64,000 nucleotides of DNA from Spirochaetaceae bacterium (GTDB lineage: Bacteria > Spirochaetota > Leptospiria > Leptospirales > Leptonemataceae), in NCBI GenBank assembly GCA_002730875.1, contig PCBI01000005.1, positions 901,191-965,190 on the forward strand, given 5' to 3'. The notes under the pieces were generated by a model. The model was given only the letters and a program-made list of their open reading frames with translations, ran no database searches and was not told the origin of the DNA. The position numbers and the translations under genes were made by a program. Below are positions 56,975 to 64,000 of this stretch, one piece after another (positions within the stretch are counted from its first letter, which is position 1; each line of letters opens with the position of its first letter).

Positions 56975-58759
56975 TCAAGGGCCGGTGTAGTCTACGTTGG
57001 TTGCCGGTTTTTTCAGAGCCTGGTTGTTTTTTCGTGCTTCTTCCAGGGTCTTTTCCTGGTCCGGGTCAACCCACCAGTAGGTATTCACCGAATCGTCGGA
57101 GCCGTACTTCCCCAGCGGGTTTTCCGGAACGCCGTACCGGTTCCAGTAAAGCATACGATGGGAATCGGCCTGCCAGAGTAGAACGTAGGGATGAATCTCG
57201 TACAGGCGGCGGTCCAGTTGCTTGAGGATCTCTGTTCTTTCGGCCGGGCTACGGGCTACCTTGTAGGACTCGATTAAAGCATCCACTTTTGCGTCTTTTA
57301 CGCCGGCCAGGTTGATGCTTCCTTTGTCGCCGGCCGTTTTGGAGTGCCACATGGGTTCCGGATCCTTCAGCCGGCCGGCGCCCCAGTTGATCCAGTAGAG
57401 GTCAAAGTCGAACTCGTCCAGACGCTTTCGCGCTGTACTCAAACTGACCTGGTCGATGACCGCTTCAATGCCAACGCTCTTTAGATCCTGGAGGTAGATG
57501 TTAATGTGACGCAGGTCGGAACCGCTCTGCAAGAATCGAAGGCTCAGGACCTGGCCGTCTTTTTCGAGGAGTCCTTTTGCATTTGGTTCATAGCCGGCTT
57601 CGGTGAGTAGTTTTCGCGCTTTTTCCGGATCATATTTGATCACCGGTACTGCCGGATTAACGTATCCCGGATACAAATCCGGAATATATGAATTCAACAG
57701 AACGTACTCCTCATACATGAGCTTCTTGTTCATCAGCGACCGATTGAGCAGAAGCGACAAAGCCTCTCTTACTCTTTCGTCCTGGAACTTCTCGCGCCTT
57801 AGATTGATAACAAATCCTTGAAAACCACGGGGTGTTCGGTTCTGTATTTTTTGTCGGGCCACCCAGCCTTTCTGCACTTCTTCCAGATGGGTTTTGATGG
57901 CCCAGATAGAGGCGGTGTGTACCGGGAAATAATCGAACTCGCCTTTCTTGAACGCTTCCAGGGCTTTGTTTCTGTCTTCAATAAACCTGTAGCGGATGTA
58001 GTCGAAGTTGTATTTGCCACTGTTGAACTTGAGTTTTCGACCCCACCAATCGCCCCGACGCTTCAGGAGCACAAATCGATTCACTTTGTTCTGAACTACT
58101 TGATACGGGCCGCTGGTAACCTCAAACTCGTTTACATCGTTGAAGTCTTTGCCTTTCAGCGAGTGGGCGGGTAGCGCCACCAGGCTTCCGGCATCCCAGA
58201 AGTTCTTCCAGTGCTTCTCTTTCGCAGTGATGCGAACAGTCCGCTCATCCACGGCTTCCGGTCGCTCAAATCGACTCAGGGATACACGAAACACAGCGGT
58301 ATTGTGCTCTTTTTTCATCATCGTATCGTAGTAGAAAACAATGTCCTGGGCGGTGATGGGCTTTCCGTCGCTCCAGGTAGCTTGCTCGCGAAGCTTGAAC
58401 GTGAAGGTCATTCCGTCGGGACTGGTTTCCCAGGATTCGGCCAGGATTCCCACCGGCTCCTGCCTGGTTGTATGCATGGTGATCAACGGCTCAAACTGCA
58501 TGTAGGTGATTTCTGCTGATAGTGTATTGGTATCCAGCCAGTAGTTCAGGGACTTCGGGTACGAAGCGCCCCATACATTGTTTACCCCACCTCGGACGGC
58601 AGAAGGGTCGGCCATGGGATCGGTTTCTCCCACGGGCAATCCTTCCAGGGGCACGTCCTCTACGGGCTCCAGTTGAATCTCCTTTTCTTCTCCGCAATGG
58701 ATGGAAAAAAGGGTGGCTAGTAGTATTGCAGGGATCAGACTAGATTTCAGACCTTTCAT
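56975..58759 (-). CDS. ABC transporter substrate-binding lipoprotein, SBP family 5 (OppA/YejA-like)
   Basis: Signal with 'FSIHCGEE' lipobox-like Cys; 594 aa; family-5 SBP architecture. Confidence 0.8.
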   Translation of the reverse strand: MKGLKSSLIPAILLATLFSIHCGEEKEIQLEPVEDVPLEGLPVGETDPMADPSAVRGGVNNVWGASYPKSLNYWLDTNTLSAEITYMQFEPLITMHTTRQEPVGILAESWETSPDGMTFTFKLREQATWSDGKPITAQDIVFYYDTMMKKEHNTAVFRVSLSRFERPEAVDERTVRITAKEKHWKNFWDAGSLVALPAHSLKGKDFNDVNEFEVTSGPYQVVQNKVNRFVLLKRRGDWWGRKLKFNSGKYNFDYIRYRFIEDRNKALEAFKKGEFDYFPVHTASIWAIKTHLEEVQKGWVARQKIQNRTPRGFQGFVINLRREKFQDERVREALSLLLNRSLMNKKLMYEEYVLLNSYIPDLYPGYVNPAVPVIKYDPEKARKLLTEAGYEPNAKGLLEKDGQVLSLRFLQSGSDLRHINIYLQDLKSVGIEAVIDQVSLSTARKRLDEFDFDLYWINWGAGRLKDPEPMWHSKTAGDKGSINLAGVKDAKVDALIESYKVARSPAERTEILKQLDRRLYEIHPYVLLWQADSHRMLYWNRYGVPENPLGKYGSDDSVNTYWWVDPDQEKTLEEARKNNQALKKPATNVDYTGP

Positions 58760-58789
58760 TGGGGCAAAGATTTTCTGCTACCGGCTCGG

Positions 58790-60865
58790 GTGTCAAACAT
58801 GCATTTTAAATTTCGCGTACCGATACTACTATTGGGAGCCCGTTTTTTTTGCGCTGTCCATGGCCGGGGGCGGCAAGACCTTTCGCCGCCGCATCTGCGT
58901 CGCTCGAGACGCGGTTGTCGTTCGTTGGTCCGGGCCCTGTCGCAGCCATCTCTTGTGCTTCTCTTTCTGATCCTGCTCCCCGTCCTACACTGCAATCGTC
59001 CGCTGAATCATCCCTATCCGGAAACCGTTGGCAATAACTGGCATTTAATCGCCATGTCATCGGAGCCCTCCACAATGGATCCGGTGCGCATGGCCGATGG
59101 CCCTTCCTACACCGTGGCATCCAACCTGGCCATCACGCCTTTTCGGTATGCCTATCTGAAGCGGCCCATTCAAATGGAGCCCCTTCTGGCGAGAGAGATA
59201 CCCTCAATCAAGCCGGGCGCTTTAGACGGCCAGCCCGTCCACTTTTTTGACCTGAATCTGGACACCCATTACTACGCGCCCGTAGAAGAATGTCTCAAGG
59301 ATTCGCATCACGATGGTACCGGCCGTCCGGTATTGGCGGCGGATCTGGAATTGAATCTTAAGCGCAGCGCCGATCCTGCCAACGAAGCATTTATGATATC
59401 GCTGCTTTCAAAGAGTATTGTAGGTTTCGCCGATTATAGCGAATATCTGCAACTGGCGCGACAGGAAAAAGACATTGGCTCTTTGAGCGCCTCGGAGCAG
59501 GCCCGAGTCCTGGCGGAACTCTATTCGCGGCCCATTGATGGGGTAAAGGTTCTGGATGATGATACTCTCCGGATCTATTTAAATAGCAGCAGCGATCGGA
59601 TTCTCTATTTCTTTGCCATGGTGAGTGCGGCCCCCATTACGGAGGCCTGCTGGAGAGAATTCAACAGCCGCGATAAGGACCAGAACGCTCTGGAAAGAAC
59701 AATGATTTCCTCCGGCCCGTATTATTTGAAGAGCTGGGAACCAAGGGATCGCATTGTTCTGGAAAGAAACACTCTGTATCGTGATCGCTTTCCGGCCCTT
59801 CCGGAGGACTCCAGCCAGTGGCCGGATGGCCTGCAGAAACATCCGGAAAGAGCCCGAGAAATGTCTTCGCTTGAGGGAAAACCTCTTCCTTTGACCGATC
59901 GCGTAATCTTCTATCTTATCCAGTCCGGATCCACTGTATGGACCCTCTTCGAGCAGGGGTATCAAGATCGAGTAGCCCTTACGAAGGACTCTTACGAAGG
60001 AGTCCTGGATGGCGAAGAACTCCGGCCGGAGTACAGGGAGCGCGGGGTTCGACTGAGCACCGAGGCGGAGCTTACTACATTCGGTTGGATTTTCAATCTT
60101 CGCGACCCCGTCGTAGGTCGCAGCGTTGAATTGCGAAAAGCCATTCGATGCATCATTGATCCCCGGGAATTGATCAATCGGTTCTACGAAGGGCGAGCCA
60201 TGGTCGCTTACGGATTGCTTCCCCCAGGTATGGAAGGTTTCGAACCGGAAAAAGAGGCCCGGAAATGCACGAAAGGGTACGTCGACAATCTGCTATCCAG
60301 GGCCGGGTATGCGAAAGGCATTGATCCGGAAACCGGAAAGCCCCTGGTTCTGCGATTGATCGATGTGCCCCGGCCCGCCAGCGCAAGTTTCCATAGTTAT
60401 CTTGTGGAGCGCATTGCGAAGCTCGGCATTCGCCTGGAAGTGGATCTGTTCGATGCGCCTACATATTTCGAAAAGAGAATGAAGGGCAAATTTCAGATCA
60501 CCACCTGGGGATGGGGCGCCGATTATCCCGATCCGCAGAATTTCTTTCAACTATTCTACGGCGGAAATGCCGGAACGCCTTACAACGAGGCGCATTTTCA
60601 GAATGCCGCCTTTGACCAGGCCTATCGCGCACTGGACGAAGCCAAAGATCCTGCTCGTCGCCAGCAGTTGATAGATCGCATGAATTCAATTCTGGAAGAG
60701 GAAGTGCCCGTACTTCTGTTGTTTCACAGGATAAACTATGGTATTTCGCAACCCTGGCTTTCGGTCTACGAACCTCATCCCATGGGATACAATTTGCTAC
60801 AGTATCGGGGAGTAGATTCAGAGCAGAGGGATAGGTTCCAGAGCGAATACAACTCCATTTTCTGA
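58790..60865 (+). CDS. Second SBP family 5 peptide-binding protein, divergent from the first
   Basis: 691 aa; signal-like 'MHFKFRVPILLLGARFFCAVHG' and a second hydrophobic segment; family-5 SBP core; start uncertain. Confidence 0.75.
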   Translation: MSNMHFKFRVPILLLGARFFCAVHGRGRQDLSPPHLRRSRRGCRSLVRALSQPSLVLLFLILLPVLHCNRPLNHPYPETVGNNWHLIAMSSEPSTMDPVRMADGPSYTVASNLAITPFRYAYLKRPIQMEPLLAREIPSIKPGALDGQPVHFFDLNLDTHYYAPVEECLKDSHHDGTGRPVLAADLELNLKRSADPANEAFMISLLSKSIVGFADYSEYLQLARQEKDIGSLSASEQARVLAELYSRPIDGVKVLDDDTLRIYLNSSSDRILYFFAMVSAAPITEACWREFNSRDKDQNALERTMISSGPYYLKSWEPRDRIVLERNTLYRDRFPALPEDSSQWPDGLQKHPERAREMSSLEGKPLPLTDRVIFYLIQSGSTVWTLFEQGYQDRVALTKDSYEGVLDGEELRPEYRERGVRLSTEAELTTFGWIFNLRDPVVGRSVELRKAIRCIIDPRELINRFYEGRAMVAYGLLPPGMEGFEPEKEARKCTKGYVDNLLSRAGYAKGIDPETGKPLVLRLIDVPRPASASFHSYLVERIAKLGIRLEVDLFDAPTYFEKRMKGKFQITTWGWGADYPDPQNFFQLFYGGNAGTPYNEAHFQNAAFDQAYRALDEAKDPARRQQLIDRMNSILEEEVPVLLLFHRINYGISQPWLSVYEPHPMGYNLLQYRGVDSEQRDRFQSEYNSIF

Positions 60866-60957
60866 ACGAAACCATCGGCTTTGGGATACCTCCCCTGCAC
60901 CGGGCGATACGGTATTTGACCGGCTTGGAGGGAATTCTCTCTTCTTTCAGCCCCGGG

Positions 60958-61644
60958 CTATCGAAACTCGCGCAGATCTCTACGGGCTATGTGAAACTCG
61001 GCCAGGCCTTTATCCGATTCGGTGGAGTTGACCACTTCCAGAGCCTTCTGAATTAAATGGTCGCGCAATTCATTTTCTGTGTATCCAAGTTCGGCGGAAT
61101 ACTGTTCTATGATGTCGTTGAATGACTGATTAATCAAGAACGGAGTCTGGTCCTCGTTTAGCACAACCAGACCGTCCGGAATCACTTCCAGGATTGTGCT
61201 AATGAAAGACCGGTATCTTTCCTCGGTTCTTCGCAGGTTCTCCTGGGTCTTCTGCCTTTCTTTGAACACTGCATGGCTTCGCAGTTCCCGGGTCACCACA
61301 GGTATGAGCCGATCCATGCGATCCTTCATTACGAAATCCGTGGCGCCGGTTCGCATCATTTCCACCACCGTTTCTTCGCCGATCTTTCCGGATACGATGA
61401 TAAATGGTACGTTGGGGTCCCGTTCTCTTATTCGTTTTAGCGCCTCGGCGCAATCCAGGTTGGGCATGTAGTAGTCGGAAAGGATCAGGTCGTATTGTTG
61501 CGATTCCAGGGCCTCATCCAGATCCGGTCTATTGTCGACAATGCGATGCTCGAATTGAATGCCTTCTTGCTGTAGCGTCTTTACCAGCAACAGGGCGCTA
61601 ATCTGGGAATCCTCCAGGATTAGAATTCGGTAGTCTTCGCTCAT
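60958..61644 (-). CDS. Response regulator (receiver domain) with C-terminal PAS-like output domain
   Basis: 'ILILEDS', 'DLILSDYYMPNLDCAE', 'IIVSGK' receiver motifs. Confidence 0.75.
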   Translation of the reverse strand: MSEDYRILILEDSQISALLLVKTLQQEGIQFEHRIVDNRPDLDEALESQQYDLILSDYYMPNLDCAEALKRIRERDPNVPFIIVSGKIGEETVVEMMRTGATDFVMKDRMDRLIPVVTRELRSHAVFKERQKTQENLRRTEERYRSFISTILEVIPDGLVVLNEDQTPFLINQSFNDIIEQYSAELGYTENELRDHLIQKALEVVNSTESDKGLAEFHIARRDLREFR

Positions 61645-62966
61645 TTGGCCTCCGCGGCCGCCTTCTGTCCGGAAGACTGCAGGTCCGCTTCCAGCAGCGG
61701 CAACTGAATCTCGAAGTCCACCAGCAGCCGACCGGCTTGAATCTTTGTATCCCTGTAATCCTTAACGTTGGAAGCCGCAATACTTCCGCCCAATTTTTCC
61801 ACAATGGTGCGCACTATGTTCAGGCCCATGCCAATGTCCAGGGTGTCAAAATTTTCGAATACGCTATGCTCCAGGCGAAAGAAGGGCTCAAAAACCAGGT
61901 TTTGATACTCCAGTGGAATGCCGCCCTCTACGACCTTGCCGTTTCCCAGGTCACGAGTATCTCTTACCTCGTTTAGAATATTGATGTTCAGCTTGTTTCC
62001 GGACTGACGCAGCAACACCGATATGGTCGTGCCTTTTGGAGAGAACTTCATGGCGTTGATGAGCAATTCCCGTACCGCTCGCTTTAGTTGTTCCGCGTTG
62101 CACTTTACTTTCAGTTTCGAAAATGACTCTTTGTATTCAGAGATTACGATATGGTTTTCGTGAACCTTCTGCATATTTTCGGCCTCAACGACGGTTTCGG
62201 ACAGAATAGCGCGAATGTCGGCAGCAGTCATTTCTTCCGTGACGATGTCCTGTCCCAGTAGAATGTCGATTTCCTGGAGGGAGTCAATAATGCGACTGGC
62301 AGTGTAGGTGTTCTCACGCACCATATCCATGATGCCTTTGTCTATTTGATACTTGTTGTCCTTTAGTTCTGCAGACTCCAGCACAAATAGCAGAACCGAA
62401 ATGAGTTGCCCGAAGCCTGAGCCCTGGGTCAGGGAAGTGCGAAGATTGTAGAACAGCGCCTTTTCTTTCGCGGCTTTGTCGAAGGCGCCGCTCTGGGAGC
62501 GATCGTGCATCCATTTGAGCCAGCTCAGCTGATTCTCCAGCCTGATGGTACGCTCCTTCTCCGAAGCTCGGTTCACTTTCTTCAGGTAAGCCGATTCTAT
62601 GGCCCGCTGCACTTTCAGCAGTAGTTCGTTCAGATCAATGGGCTTGATCAGATAATCGTAGATGCCATTCTTCATTACATCTATGATGACTTCCGATTCG
62701 TTGTGACAGGTCTCTACTATGATTTCCGCATCGTTGCCGCTGTTGGATAAATGGCGAATCAGCTCCTGACCGTTTACCTCGGGCATCTCCAGATCGGTAA
62801 TGACCAGAGGAAAGTTGCGCTTTTCCAGAATGCTCTGCGCTTCTTTGCCGTTGGAGGCGAGTACCACGTTGTAGCCGCTGCCTTCCAGGACATCCTTTAG
62901 AAGCTGGCTGGAGCGTTCGTCGTCCTCTACTACAAGTATGCTGCGATCTTCATCCTTTAGATGCAT
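61641..62966 (-). CDS. Receiver domain fused to histidine-kinase-like ATPase (HATPase_c) domain without recognisable H-box
   Basis: 'ILVVEDDE', 'PLVITDLEMPEVNG' receiver; N-box 'LLINAMKFSP'; G-box 'DIGMGLNIV'; ATGA overlap with the downstream RR. Confidence 0.75.
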   Translation of the reverse strand: MHLKDEDRSILVVEDDERSSQLLKDVLEGSGYNVVLASNGKEAQSILEKRNFPLVITDLEMPEVNGQELIRHLSNSGNDAEIIVETCHNESEVIIDVMKNGIYDYLIKPIDLNELLLKVQRAIESAYLKKVNRASEKERTIRLENQLSWLKWMHDRSQSGAFDKAAKEKALFYNLRTSLTQGSGFGQLISVLLFVLESAELKDNKYQIDKGIMDMVRENTYTASRIIDSLQEIDILLGQDIVTEEMTAADIRAILSETVVEAENMQKVHENHIVISEYKESFSKLKVKCNAEQLKRAVRELLINAMKFSPKGTTISVLLRQSGNKLNINILNEVRDTRDLGNGKVVEGGIPLEYQNLVFEPFFRLEHSVFENFDTLDIGMGLNIVRTIVEKLGGSIAASNVKDYRDTKIQAGRLLVDFEIQLPLLEADLQSSGQKAAAEAK

Positions 62967-63103
62967 CTTTTTCCTCGGTTGACCTGCCGGACTCCATAAG
63001 AGGGACAGGTGCAGGCTTACGAGAGCCGGTTGGTTATCTTATACTTTTCTACTGCGGGGCCCGCTAACAGATCCAAAAAGGCCGATCACCGGACAGCTTG
63101 CGT

Positions 63104-63982
63104 TCAGTGGTAAGGCAGTCCAATTGTGAAGGTGGTCCCCGAGTTTTCCATTGTCTGAAGGGTAATGAATCCCTGGTGCATGTCAACTATTCTCTTTACG
63201 ATGGCCAGCCCCAGGCCCGCCCCCTCTCGTTTCCTTGAACGATTGGATACGCTTTGTTCGAAAGGTTCAAAGATACGGTCCTGGTCTTCCAGCGGTATTC
63301 CGGAACCGGTGTCCTGAACCCGGATCAGGATATTTTCCGTTCCTTCCAGAAGCGAGATCTTAACTGAACCCTGGGGATCCGTATGCTTCACTGCATTGGA
63401 GAGAAGGTTGTCCAGCACCTGGCGCATTTTCGTTTGATCGCACTCTATCTGCACGGAACCGGAGGGTAAATCCTCTTCCAGTTGGATCCCTTTTCCCTTG
63501 CAGATTGTCTTAAAACTCTGAGCCGACTCATGGATTAAGGCTGCAATATCGCAACGAGATCGATCCAGGGGCATTCTTCCGGCTTCCATCCGGGAGTAGT
63601 CCAGAATCTGTTCTACAAGCTTGAGTAGATGGCGCCCGCTACTTTCAATAGAAGAAACCGCTTCGGTCTGCCGGGGGGTGAGGGAGCCGAGTTGTGGCAT
63701 ATGCAAATACTGCGCATACCCCAGAAGGGAGTTCAATGGAGTCTTGAGTTCGTGGGTCATGTTGGCCAGAAACAGGGTTTTGGCACGATTGGCTTGCTCG
63801 GCCTGAGCCACCGACAGGCGTAAAAGCTCATTCTGGTTGCGAATCTCTTGCTCCGTATGCTTGCGTTCGGTGATGTCTCGCAGCGAAAGAATTAGATGCT
63901 TTTCTTCGCCTACCTGCATCGTGGAGAACTGGAGCTCTAGAAAGATGCCATCTATTTGGACTTCTTCTTTGTTTTCATCCAT
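63104..63982 (-). CDS. Sensor histidine kinase core (PAS tail + HisKA + HATPase_c); start unusually close to the kinase core
   Basis: H-box 'THELKTPLNSLLGY'; 'LLSNAVKHT'; 'DTGSGIPLED'; 'GAGLGLAIVKRIV'; in-frame stop 3 codons upstream of the ATG at 63982. Confidence 0.7.
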   Translation of the reverse strand: MDENKEEVQIDGIFLELQFSTMQVGEEKHLILSLRDITERKHTEQEIRNQNELLRLSVAQAEQANRAKTLFLANMTHELKTPLNSLLGYAQYLHMPQLGSLTPRQTEAVSSIESSGRHLLKLVEQILDYSRMEAGRMPLDRSRCDIAALIHESAQSFKTICKGKGIQLEEDLPSGSVQIECDQTKMRQVLDNLLSNAVKHTDPQGSVKISLLEGTENILIRVQDTGSGIPLEDQDRIFEPFEQSVSNRSRKREGAGLGLAIVKRIVDMHQGFITLQTMENSGTTFTIGLPYH

Positions 63983-64000
63983 TTCAGTATCTCATCAATG

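Noticed and set aside
1-64000. Mobile elements (IS, transposase, integrase, phage genes), toxin-antitoxin or known defence systems
   Set aside because: No ORF shows DDE transposase, tyrosine/serine recombinase, or recognisable defence-system motifs. The only mobility hints are the tRNA-like fragment at ~32.9 kb and the interrupted opp operon.

Overview
The window is a high-GC (~55-58%) bacterial chromosomal segment, densely coded on both strands, with no transposases, integrases or CRISPR arrays. By inference it may come from a Leptospiraceae-like spirochaete: three 7TMR-DISM-type membrane signalling proteins, SpoIIE/PP2C paralogs, a YWTD-repeat lipoprotein and a sigma-54 enhancer-binding protein (bEBP) all fit, but this cannot be confirmed from the sequence alone. 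Recognisable housekeeping genes include aroG-type DAHP synthase, asd, ilvE, cdd, a long-form LeuA-type isopropylmalate synthase, a HemN/HemW-type radical SAM enzyme, a tRNA-Tyr/tRNA-Thr pair and a peptide (Opp/Dpp-type) ABC transporter. The most distinctive content is a signalling module at 14.7-21.4 kb. A 7TMR-DISM/HAMP/PP2C phosphatase is translationally coupled (TAGTG overlap) to a 7TMR-DISM-fused sigma-54 activator. That pair sits behind a near-consensus sigma-54 promoter, and a second sigma-54-like promoter lies in front of a secreted lipase gene. A paralogous 7TMR-DISM/PP2C gene is translationally chained to the oppDF ATPase genes and, together with an oppositely oriented truncated leuA-like gene, splits the opp operon. 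Other notable items are: a kexin/furin-like S8 subtilase homolog with a P-domain whose Asp/His/Ser triad is replaced by Ser/Leu/Gly and whose signal peptide is cut by an in-frame TGA; a 63-bp x ~5.7 tandem repeat followed by a 12-bp x 3 repeat in a divergent intergenic region; scrambled tRNA-like fragments; a 2Fe-2S-domain adenylate cyclase; and an MBOAT/lipoprotein/GNAT cluster divergent from a Fur-family regulator.
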